In this document: positions 13,501 to 23,516 of the stretch, piece by piece | Layout: every line of letters begins with the position of its first letter | How positions within the stretch are numbered: position 1 is the stretch's first letter | NCBI RefSeq assembly: GCF_963506605.1 | Contig: NC_083281.1 | Span: 32,612,001-32,676,000 of the forward strand | From: Zootoca vivipara | Taxonomy: Eukaryota | DNA length: 64,000 nt | Direction: 5' to 3' | Position numbers and translations under genes: made by a program | Notes under the pieces: generated by a model | Told to the model about the DNA's origin: nothing | Database searches by the model: none | The model's input: the letters and a program-made list of their open reading frames with translations, nothing else

Positions 13501-14760
13501 AGTGGGGGGCAAGCTAGGTTCATAAGCCAGTTTTCTCTAAGCATACTGTACATGGCCGTGAATTCCAAAACTAGCAAACTACAGTTAGCACCTTGCCTCC
13601 AAGTTTTAATTTGCAACCATAGCTTAAAGGATTGGAGACAATTCCAACCACAGTTTGACAATTTATATATGTTAGAGAAAACCAAGAAATGTTTTATTAG
13701 CATACATTAGGGGAAGAAGGTGCATAAAGGTCTACAGGACATTCACAAGCCTCCAGACCATGGTTTGGAGGACTGGGCTTGTTGTTTTTCAACCCCTCAA
13801 AAGCTTTTAAATGCTTTTTATATTTTCAAAATTCATACATATAATTGGAAACTGGGAAAGAGCGTAAATGTCAAAAGTTGGTTATATAGGTAATGTTGTA
13901 TACATTTTCTTTTATTAAGCCACTTTGAGATTTTTGATTAAGTGGTATATAAATCTAACAAAATAAATAATTATATAAACTAGAGCCTGCTGAAGTGCTT
14001 ACCTTAATCTTTGGAAAGTATTACAATTTGCAATAGATTAAACCTCTTACCAATCATATATTAAAGGTTGTATCTAACATTGGCCATATTTAGAGTAGAC
14101 CCACTGAAATTAACAAACATGACTAACGGGTTCATTAAATTCAATGGGTTTACTTCAAGTAGAACTTACCTGGATACAACTCTAAGGCTGCAGTTCTAGT
14201 CATATTTACTTATTAAAGTCATAAGTGTATGAGCAGGTTGCACATGTCAGCATGTTCTTGAATGTCTACTAATCAAGTTAGGCAGACAGAAAACTAGTTT
14301 GTGTCATATTTACCTGTGTTTCCGCACTGCTCAATGAATGAAGATCTAAAGATGGGTCAGTCCTGAGCTCAGGTTCAGGAGCTGCTATTGGGGCTTTCAG
14401 AAGAATCTCCTCATTGAGATCGAGGTCCGTCTCTTCCTGGCCTCCTTCACCAAGTTCCTTTGTTTCTGCCTCGTTACCTTCTTCCTCAGAGACCTGAGAT
14501 TTGGGCCTCTTGAGGAATGATGAAAACAGGCGTGACAGGCCCCGACTTTCAGAAGTGCGCTCTTTGTTCTTGCTCTGGTCCTCTCGGGTAGGCGTGTCAC
14601 CATTGGATGCTTTTAGCTTCTTCTTTGACTGATTATCCCCCTCAGGTGCTTTCTCCAAGAAAGCTTCCTGTGTTCCTGTTTCAGCAGCTACCTCCTCCTC
14701 TTTTGCCGGCTGCTGCTTAGGAGTCTCAGCCTCTGCCACTAAACTCTTTTCAGTTGTCAT
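1435..14760 (-). CDS. EPB41: EPB41 / protein 4.1R, 5' partial multi-exon CDS: join(14760-14314, 13337-13095, 11356-11252, 7119-7077, 5316-5241, 3465-3247, 1522-1435); continues beyond left edge
   Basis: Spliced translation [12 protein letters not shown]...[24 protein letters not shown]...[32 protein letters not shown]...[11 protein letters not shown].../[105 protein letters not shown].../[28 protein letters not shown] matches the 4.1R headpiece plus FERM domain. All introns are GT-AG; the total of 1221 nt stays in frame. Confidence 0.97.
3247..3465 (-). CDS. EPB41: EPB41 FERM exon, 219 nt ([20 protein letters not shown]...VMELHKTYR)
   Basis: cctttttag|GTACTATTTG ... ACCTATAG|gtaatt. Confidence 0.97.
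4945..5131. mobile_element. Tc1/mariner-superfamily MITE (CAGTGGTACCTC termini)
   Basis: ta|gagtcgtacctcc ... ggaggtaccactg|ta; TA TSD. Confidence 0.75.
5241..5316 (-). CDS. EPB41: EPB41 FERM exon, 76 nt ([25 protein letters not shown]); not in the ORF track
   Basis: ttaattgcag|GAGGCCCATGG ... ATAACAAG|gtttgt. Confidence 0.96.
5638..5853. mobile_element. hAT non-autonomous element
   Basis: CAGGGGT...ACCCCTG termini; 8-bp TSD ctctagtg/ctctagta. Confidence 0.75.
6133..6663 (-). mobile_element. Possible LTR-like insertion
   Basis: TGTC...GACA termini, minus-strand AATAAA (~6225), GC-rich relative to the intron; no clean TSD found. Confidence 0.35.
7077..7119 (-). CDS. EPB41: EPB41 FERM exon, 43 nt ([15 protein letters not shown]); not in the ORF track
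   Basis: ttttcttgcag|ACATGGTTGGAT ... GTTCATG|gtaagt. Confidence 0.95.
8902..9145. mobile_element. hAT MITE
   Basis: CAGGGGTCAGCAAAC...GTTTGGGCACCCTG; perfect 8-bp TSD cttttaca. Confidence 0.9.
11252..11356 (-). CDS. EPB41: EPB41 FERM exon, 105 nt ([35 protein letters not shown])
   Basis: gtgcag|AAACAT ... TCCAAG|gtaagt. Confidence 0.96.
12718..12758. repeat. (ATT)n(AGT)n compound microsatellite
   Basis: Direct read. Confidence 0.95.
12879..13014. mobile_element. Palindromic hAT MITE (URR1-like), 80 nt downstream of the AUG2 exon donor
   Basis: CAGGCATCCCCAAAC...GTTTGGCGATGCCTG fold-back structure. Confidence 0.85.
13095..13337 (-). CDS. EPB41: EPB41 exon containing AUG2 (13148; [10 protein letters not shown], start of the short 80-kDa-type isoform), 243 nt
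   Basis: Acceptor ttaatttcag|CCTGCTCAG (PAQE); donor CTGGAT|gtaagc; phase 0-0. Confidence 0.95.
13284..13313 (-). repeat. Coding hexanucleotide repeat (GATCAA)4GATCCA = [10 protein letters not shown]
   Basis: Direct read within the AUG2 exon, upstream of AUG2. Confidence 0.95.
14067..14180. repeat. Short palindromic interspersed repeat (MITE-like); relatives at ~34860 and ~30290
   Basis: ggttgtatc...gagtagacccactgaaattaa / ttaaattcaatgggtttact...gatacaac. Confidence 0.6.
14314..14760 (-). CDS. EPB41: EPB41 exon 2 coding part (AUG1, U1 headpiece, 149 codons); exon probably starts at 14764
   Basis: Acceptor ...tttctgtcaacag|AACC ATG ACA ACT GAA AAG; donor ACACAG|gtaaat; 4.1R-specific MTTEKSL and [22 protein letters not shown] motifs. 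Confidence 0.95.
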
Positions 14761-16719
14761 GGTTCTGTTGACAGAAATGTATAAGAAATTTAACTGAATA
14801 AATGCTATATGATCACAAAACCACCGCAAACTGATCACAAAGCTCCAAAGGTAACAAGGACCACTTATAGGGTGCTCCTGGTGTCCGCTTATCGAAGCTG
14901 CAATTATTAATGGGAGCAGCAATTCTTGTTGTTAGAAACTATTTTCACATACAAGTATAGCCTTGCATTCAAGTGCACATTGTTATGCTATATAAACATC
15001 TAGCTAGTTTTGTTACTTCAAGAATGTCTAGAATTATCATTCACAATTATGATCACAGGAGGAGCACAAAGGCAGATGACCAAATCTGCCAAACTGGATG
15101 CTAAATTACAATCAACAGCACATAAACTGTGTGAAATAAATAAAATGTTGTCATCTTAGAAATCAATATCAGAATGCCAGTATCAGAACTAGCCTACTGC
15201 ACAGCTGGTATTTGTTGTTGTGGATCTGTTCTTGCCAAATGCTCAGGGACTCAGAGCTCTCAGAGAGCATTCACACTACCTCAAACACACTTTTGACTAT
15301 ACTGTATTGTCCCTCTCCTAAGACAGGACAAATGCAGTTCCACACAGAAGCGAATAACTTTTCTGGTCCAGTAGGCCAGACTCTTAACTGTCCCCATCCT
15401 TAAGGCCAAGTCTGCCAGGTGGGTAGGCCTGTCAATCACCTGTTCATCACTACTTCACTGCAAATATTCCCAAGTCATTGGTGGCACATTACAACCCTAG
15501 TTAAATTCAAATATTGGTAGAGAAGAGTTTTGGACCTCTTTATACTTTTTTCCAAAATGCAGGGGGCATCAGCATGGTGCAGGTGCACATGTGCCTACAA
15601 AGGCCTTTCCTGGCAACAACAGTCACCCCCACCCCAAAAAATAGACTTAAAACAAGAATTCTATTGCAGCAAATAGAATAGGATACAGTATGTGCCTAGT
15701 TACAGATTGTGTATATGGTCCTTTGTAAACTGCTTTGTGGTTTTTTGAAACAAGTGATACATAAATAAATTAGTTTCTAGGCCTGAAAATGTTGCCAATC
15801 TGCCCAAATGCATTGTGACTGATCAGAGAAATTTGTCCAAATTTTGGTGACCTATTTGAAAAGTGGCCACCCCTAATTTTTAACTATAGGCTGATTCAGA
15901 CATAACCTGGTTCATACATAACACTGATCCAGTAAACTATGTTTTAGCAGATCAGGAGCAAAACGTTTGCTTGCACATTACAGTACTTCCTCAGCCCTCA
16001 GTTTTCCTAGTTTCTGAAACCATAACACATAATATAAAAGTCTCTTCAGCTCCTGTTATTTTGTTTACATAGATTTCTACCCTATCCTAAGGACATCCAG
16101 TGAATTTTCATAGATTTGAACCCAGACCTCCAAATCCAACAGTATATTAATTCAAAAGCTAGTGTCATGCTCTATAGAATTTCATGCAATAACATTTCTA
16201 GAGGTTAAGTGAAAAACACACTTTCGTTGCAAAATCATCTATGCCTTTGAACAATTTGACTTTATCCAGACACACTAAACAGCTGAAATCTGCCATTCTG
16301 CTTGTGCATTTCAAGAGAGCAGGGGAAGAGTGCATCTTTCACATTTCTTAAGTGAATGTTTTCTGTTAAAGGGCAGTTAGTTCATGTAATCAGTGACACA
16401 ATGTTTAGCATGGCTGCTGAGAAAGATAAGAGTCACATTTGAATTATAAACACTTATCATTTATATAGTGCATGTTAGGTTCCCGGGACTTCCCACACAT
16501 TATCTCAGTAATCTTCACAACAACATGGACCCCACGGGACCCAGCGGGACTTGCTTCTGAGTAGACAACTAGAGCACTGTGCTGTAAGTTACTCCTAACG
16601 AAACAAGGGCAAGGGAACATAAAGCCAGCATGCATTATAGTTTAAACTTAAATGTGGATATTTTTCATTCAATTTCTATGTAAGAAACACATCTGAGATG
16701 GGACATTTCCTCCTAAATT

Positions 16720-17022
16720 AAATTGCAAACCGCTGGAAGCGATTAGGGGATCTAAGCAATGCTTATGCTTTGGTCGATGGAACCGCTGGGCTAAGCTGGC
16801 TCGAGAAATGTAATTTCAGTACATCAGGCATGTTGAAGAGGTTGATTGTAATTGCCCGGTTGATCGCGGGGGTATCTTAGATCTCTCCCAAAAAAGCTCA
16901 ACAACTTAGCCCCCCCCCCCCCGAAAAAGCTCAACAACTCTTGACAATGACAATGGGTAGATCACAGCTGTTCTTTTTATACTGTGAGTAGATCACAGTC
17001 CCTTGGGAGTTGGACATGCCTG
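16720..17022. mobile_element. Truncated hAT-like element (one terminus)
   Basis: Ends agttggacatgcctg, with repeated gtagatcacag subterminal motifs and a duplicated aaaaagctcaacaact; the left boundary is approximate. Confidence 0.5.
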
Positions 17023-18091
17023 CAGTACATGATACCCTTTACCCTGTACAATCTATACTCATCACTTGATATCATTGAGTGGAGCACTGACTGTGGCTCT
17101 CCTTTGGGCTAAAATAACAACTTATGTCAATGAAGAATTGTGTTCTAGAGACAACTTCATGGAACTCCATACCACAGGAAGTTATAAACAGGCACCATTC
17201 CTACTGAGTTTCAGACACCTGGTATCTATCCTGGCTTTCTCTGTTAGATGAAGAACTTGAACCTACAGCTCTAATTCTGCTTCTCAGATGTTTTCTTTTT
17301 GAGATTCTAAATTCTTGAGGTTTTACATTTTGTAGGTTTAATTTATATTTTACATTTTATTGCTGTAAGCTACTTTGAGACCTTTATGGTGAAAAGCAGG
17401 GTATAAAATTTTAAAGAAATATAATGCCAGTTTTCTGAAATTGGAAAATCGCCATTTGCAGTATTCACCATATAATAAAACAGGTTTCCAACTCAAGTGC
17501 AAGTTCAGAGTCCATTCCTTACACCAGTAAAAATTATCCAGCCATCCCCAACTACTCTAGTAGCCAATATTCGTTTTCAAATGGTATAAATTTAAAGTCT
17601 CCTGACCATACACCTCTGAAGAAAAGTGCTTGGAAAAATAAATAATGCTGTTTCTTATTTATAATTACACCAGATAGCGCAATGAGAGCTAACAAGGGCT
17701 GATGAAAGTATATGAACAAACATTTTCCCACAGCCTGCTGCCCTCCCGATATTTGGAGCTAAAATTCCCATCAGCGAATGGCCAGGGATGATATCAGTTG
17801 CAGTTCAGCATGGAGAAACCTGCAAATAATCATATCATCATCATACTGGGCTCCCTGCTATTTAGCTTGTGTGATGGAACTCCATCCTAACTGCAACCAG
17901 GGAAACTCCTTTCCTTACTAGTTTTAAACAGGCCTTTAAACCTCACTTTTTATTGAAATGATTTTACCTGTCATATGCTGGATAAGCTAGATGGCCACTT
18001 TGTTGTCTTGCTGGTCTGTATATTTTTAAGGATGCAAAATTGATACTTGAAATGTTGTGGTAGGTTTTTTATGCGTATTTTATAGATTTAA

Positions 18092-18232
18092 TAGAATCAT
18101 GAATTGGAGAGTTGGAAAGGGCCCAAAGGGTAATCTAGTCCAACCCCCTGCAATGCAGGACACTTTTACCCAATGTGAGACTCAAATCCATGACACCTAG
18201 ATTAAAAGTCTCATGCTCTAATGACCAAGCAA
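18092..18232 (-). mobile_element. SINE with tRNA-like head and CR1-derived tail
   Basis: CR1-type tail followed by a degenerate tRNA-like segment (gagactcaaatccatgacacctagattaaaagtctcatgctcta). Confidence 0.55.
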
Positions 18233-19074
18233 TCTAAGAGGCAGAGCCTGCTTGCTTGAGTGTCTATTTTATTTGTATACCACGTTAGGAGGTGACTACC
18301 TGAAAAGCAGCGTAGAAATATTTGAAATGAAGTGAAATAGGTGTTTCCATTCAGCCCTATCATTAGAAAGAGTGAGGGGACACAGGCAGCAGATGCTGGG
18401 GGTGCGGGGCAGCATTGGCAGACACAAGGCTGTTCCTCCTGAGCCTCCTGGTTCCCTTTCGCTGGAAGATGTTTGTAGGCTGTGTTGCCTGTCACACATC
18501 GCTATGCTAGTCTGCTGCCCAAAGGTGTCATACACAATACTACGCTGCTGCCAGTACTGAAATAAGATTCAGCTGCTATTCTAGTCTGTCTGAACTTAGA
18601 GTGGTAGGGGAAATCTTGTCCTTTGCCTCTGTAAGCAAAATGTCTTGGACTGGTCCTACCATTCAGCAATGTGAGGACAGAGAGAAACAGAACTATACTT
18701 TGGGCTGATTGCCAAAACAACCTGCTTTGTTTCTGAATTCTATCCAATCAACTGGAGGGGAAACAAACAAAAACATCATGCTTTAGAAATCTTTCCAATC
18801 TACCACTCATGGCTTTGAAGTGGGGAATGAGGTATTAGTTTATGTGCAACTGCAGCCCTAATTGCTATTTCTACAAAGTAAGCAAGACACACCCTTTAAA
18901 AAGCCATTTCCAGTTTTAAAAAGTAAACTTGGAACAAAGATTGTTGAGGGACTGTTTATACTGGCCTGTTGTATTCACAGGATATACAAATTCATAGCTG
19001 GGGTTTGTTTAGATAAATGAATGTCTCCAAGTCTTCCTGGGAATAACAATACTTTTTACAGGGAAGCCCTAGTA

Positions 19075-19344
19075 CAGGGGTAGGCAACCTAAGGCCCGTG
19101 TGCCGGATGCGGCCCAATCGCCTTCTCAATCCGGCCCGCGGACGGTCCGGGAATCAGTGTGTTTTTACATGAGTAGAATGTGTCCTTTTATTTAAAATGG
19201 GTCCTTTTATTTAAAATCTCTGGGTTATTTGTGGGGCACAGGAATTTGTTCACCCCCCCCAAAAAAAAAAAATACAGTCCGGCCCACCACATGCTCTGAG
19301 GGACAGTGGAACAGGCCACGGCTGAAAAAGGTTGCTGACCCCTG
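19075..19344. mobile_element. hAT MITE, same family as 8902 (opposite orientation)
   Basis: CAGGGGTAGGCAAC...GTTGCTGACCCCTG; perfect 8-bp TSD ccctagta. Confidence 0.9.
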
Positions 19345-20137
19345 CCCTAGTAGCATCAGCCAAATAAGCTTAGCAGGAAAAACAAAAGGATGCAGAGATG
19401 GGCACATACAAGCAGTTCCTTTTCCTTTTATCTCCTTTGCTCCTTCATTGTGTTCTTATTCTGTTTATAGACCCCCTAAATATGATCACCTGGAGTCTTT
19501 ATTCTCTCTCCTTTCAAATGAAACTTGGCAGTCTTAGCAGGATGTAAAACAAAGCACCTTTTAATTTTAAAAACATAATTATTTTTAAAATAATTAACAG
19601 TGCTTTTTTATTAAAAAAAGATCTAAATAAACAATGAGATGGAGCCAAACATGCCCTTCTGCTCATAGAAAGCTCTTCTGCTTATGGAAAAGTTTTATAG
19701 CTAACACTAGTGCCTTGTGTGAGAAAAGTTAAACTAAATCCATTCTGCTTGTGCAATTTCCTGCACAAGCAGAAACATGAGATCTGTTACAGAACCTATT
19801 ATAGCACTACACAAATTCTTAAGCATTTGCAAAACATGCCAGTGGCTATATTCCTTCCATTCATGGCTTTTTGTATCCAACCCTATAATCTGTCTCTAAT
19901 ATTCTGTTTACCACTTTGAGAGCCTTTGAGTCATAAAGCAGTATACAAATATATCATAATGTAGCATAACATAACATCCTGAAAAGGTTGTAGTTGTAAT
20001 ATGGAAAAAACAAAAAGACTCATTACATTTTCACATTCAGATTGTTTATATGTTGATAAATGTGAGGCACAATCAAGCCAACTTCAGCACTTTTAGGTCT
20101 CACTGATTTCAAACAGTGAAGTCACATATTTCACATA

Positions 20138-20564
20138 CAGTGGAACCTCGGTTTATGAACACCTCGGTTTACAAATTTTCGGTTTTCGAACGCCGCGGAC
20201 CCATCTGGAATGGATTAATTCACTTTCCATTACTTTCAATGGGAGAGTTTGCTTCAGTTTATGAACGCTTCAGTTTATGAACAGACTTCCGGAACCAATT
20301 ACACCCATGCTTCGGGTTAAGTACGCTTCAGGTTGAGTACTCTGCGGACCCGTCTGGAACGGATTAATCCACTTTCCATTACTTTCAATGGGAAAGTTCG
20401 GTTCAGTTTATGAACGCTTCAGTTTAAGTACTCCGCGGACCGTCTGGAACAGATCAATCCACTTTCCATTACTTTCAATGCGAAAGTTCGCTTCAGTTTA
20501 TGAACGCTTCAGTTTATGAACAGACTTCCGGAACCAATTGTGTTCATAAACCGAGGTACCACTG
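20138..20564. mobile_element. Tc1/mariner-superfamily MITE with three internal ~75-bp modules
   Basis: TIR CAGTGGAACCTCGGTTTATGAAC / GTTCATAAACCGAGGTACCACTG, TA TSD. Confidence 0.9.
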
Positions 20565-22297
20565 TATTTAACTAAACCTTCTCTCTAGAACATCATGAAG
20601 CAGCAGCTTTGGACAAGATTTAGATTCATACCAACATTCAATTGTCTATTCAGCCATGAATTTACTGGAAAGCCACTTTCCGTTTCAGTTCCTCATTTGT
20701 AATCTAGTACCTCATAATGTCACTGGAGGATGAGTGGTAGGGCTTGATAATCTCACCTGCTCCTCTTGCCAGCCTCAGATGGCAAGATGAGTCTGGAGCC
20801 AGAGCTACAGAAGCAGGCTGTACTCTGAGCTTGGATAACCTATCAGGCACAGAAGCAGAGGAGGCTCAGAGCTAAAGGAGGGAGGTGGAAGCTTGCACCA
20901 ACAACTGTGGGGCACCTCCAAGCTCAGAGCACCAGTTGGGTCCAGAGGCAACTCAAGCTTCTCTGCCTGCCTGCACCACCTCTGAGCTAGTTCCCGAACA
21001 TTTTGGCTTCTGAACGCTGCAAACCCGGAAGTGACTGTTCCAGTTTGCGAACACTTTTTGGAAGTTGAATACCCGACGGTGCGTCTGCGGTTTCCAATTG
21101 GCTGCAGAAGCTTCCTGCAGCCAATCAGAAGTTTCTGAACATTTTGGAAGTCGAACGGACTTCCGGAACGGATTTTTTATTTTTTATTATTTATTTCCTG
21201 CTTCTGGTTTTATTTGTAACTGAAGTCAGTATGTTGTTGTAAGTAAGCTGTTTTAATTTTATTGTTTAATCTTGTTTTAGATTGTTTCTTTTTCCAACCT
21301 TAGACTTTCAGGACTTTACATTTAGCAAAATAAATAATATTGTCTTTATTTATTTTAATGTTGTTTTCTTTTTATTGTGTGTATCTGGAAGACATATCAT
21401 TTTGAAGAGAAGAATATAAATCTGTTAAAAAATAAATGAATATTTGTTAGTATATTTGCTAGCATTGACAGTATGATAGAAAGGGGGGGGCACGTACACA
21501 TTCTCAGATACGGTGAAACCATTGACAAAATTGATGGACAGTCTTTTGGGCACAGGATCAGTCATAAGTGTGTAAGCCCAGAAGCCATACCTCATTCAGC
21601 AGCAGCTAAAAGATTACTCACTTACAAATAAGGAACAAGCCCTATGAATCAATACCATTTATGTTTGACCTGCTGTGTAGGCAAGATATGTGTAGGCACT
21701 GCTAAAATATTCCAGATTTAGATGTACCACAAACTCTAAAGCTTTACGCTATAAAAGTTACAGTATGTTTCACCACTTCTATCCGAAAGCAAAACACAAC
21801 CACTTGGTTATTCAGTTCCATGAGGCTGTAGGCAGAGTTTCTACAATTTTTGTAAACAGCACAAACAAAATTGATGGAACACAAAAATTGAGGGAACACA
21901 TCTGGAAGGTAATTTACATTCCAAATCATACTCAATTTTTCAAAGCACAGTATTTGTGACTGTGATGGAAAAATTGGCACAACCCCCATAACCCAAGGTT
22001 TTAAGTTACTGGATGCTTTATACCTCGTTTCCATGTGGATTAGATTGCTAAGTGGTTTTTTGTTGTTGTTTTTAAGCAACCTCTCTTAAAATGTCTTCAA
22101 AAAGTGCACATTTAAATTTGCAACCAACTAATCTGCAGTATGTAAAATTTAATTTTAGTTAAAATTTAATTAAAATTCTCAGCAAACATAACTTACCTAT
22201 ACAATACAAACTGATATGGATGGTTGCTGCAGCAAAAACCAAAAAAAGCTACTCTTGATTATATTTGTGTCCGATATTTACTGACAGATCATTTCAA

Positions 22298-22466
22298 TAG
22301 CACCTTAGAGACCAACTAAGTTTGTCATTGGTATGAGCTTTCGTGTGCACGAAAGCTCATACCAATGACAAACTTAGTTGGTCTCTAAGGTGCTACTGGA
22401 AGGAATTTTTCTATTTTATTGTTATTTTGTTTCGACAGCAGACCAACATGGCTACCTACCTGTGAC
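22298..22466. mobile_element. Penelope-like element terminal fragment with inverted duplication
   Basis: tagcaccttagagaccaactaagtttgtcattggtatgagctttcgtg plus its reverse complement, then gaccaacatggctacctacctgt; same family as 49646-49777. Confidence 0.75.
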
Positions 22467-22734
22467 AGATTATTGTTATGCATTGTATTATTAAAAGAAA
22501 ACGGACTCAAGACATAGGAAAAGAAAGATATACAGATTATAATGTAAATAAAATTTCTTCTTGGGAAACACGTAATACACATCCATTTCATGTTGGTGGG
22601 AAACATATTATGTCTCCATTCCAATCTTTCAGCTACCAAGAATAACCAATGGTGCTTGTGGTAGTACATATACTGAACACTTCTTTTGTTCCCCAATTAT
22701 GGTAGACTCTACAAAGTATTAGAAACTGAGATAC

Positions 22735-23080
22735 GAAAGCTAGGAGCTAAATGACACCTTAAACCTAGGTTATGGGCACAAGAACAGAATGTCTAGGCAC
22801 ACTTTTTTATAACAAGAATACAAAGGTCAAAATGAATAATACTATGTTCATTTTTCACATGGTCTAGTCCTTCCCCTGCCCACCCCACTAATATTCTAAG
22901 AAGGTCTCTTCTCTAGTCTTCAGGGAGTGGCTGGAAGTGGAGAGGCAGAAAAAGGTCCTCCTTTCCTTCCACTCTGCAAATCTGAAATCTTAGGTGCAGT
23001 ACTGTGCCCAGAGCTCAGAAACTGCTTACGCTAATGAAATTCCCTGTCGTAAATGTGCCTAGAACAATGGGAGTTTCAAA
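22735..23080 (+). repeat. ~350-bp segment duplicated at ~32645-33010
   Basis: Direct alignment by eye across the full length (e.g. tttttataacaagaatacaaag; catggtctagtc; gaaatcttaggtgca; cccagagctcagaaactgctt; gtgcctagaacaatgggagttt). Confidence 0.85.
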
Positions 23081-23333
23081 CGCTAACTCTGCAACCAGCC
23101 CATGGAGATGCAATACTATTGGCAGGAGTCTCTGGTTTTCCTGTATACTTAAAGAAGTATATCAAATTTGTGACCTAGTGTGTCACAAATAAATCACTGT
23201 CAGCACAGCTACGCATCAGCATGAAAGCTATTTCCTTTGGAATAGGGACAGGCAGAAGACTATGCAATAGTTATGCACATAATGTATACATATGTGTAAA
23301 ATAAGTAAGGGGCATTGTCTTTTTTTACATCTA

Positions 23334-23516
23334 CTGTATATTCCTGCATATAAGACTACTTTTTAACCCAGGAAAATCTTCTCAAAAGTCAGGGGTCGTC
23401 TTATACGCCGGGTGGTATTTCTTATACAGCGAGTATATCCCAAAATCTTTATTTTTAACTGGAAAAGTTGGGGGTCATCTTATACGCCCAGTCGTCTTAT
23501 ACGCTGGAATATATGG
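23334..23516. mobile_element. Tigger/pogo-like MITE
   Basis: ta|ctgtatattcctgcatataagac ... gtcttatacgctggaatatatgg|ta. Confidence 0.8.

Noticed and set aside
14765-14922. N-terminal extension of the 214-aa ORF upstream of MTTEKS
   Set aside because: It starts at a non-ATG codon and runs through the polypyrimidine tract and acceptor; this is intron read-through, not coding sequence
20190-20520. Regularly repeated units resembling a CRISPR array
   Set aside because: Eukaryotic context, no unique spacers; they are internal modules of a TIR-bounded, TA-flanked MITE
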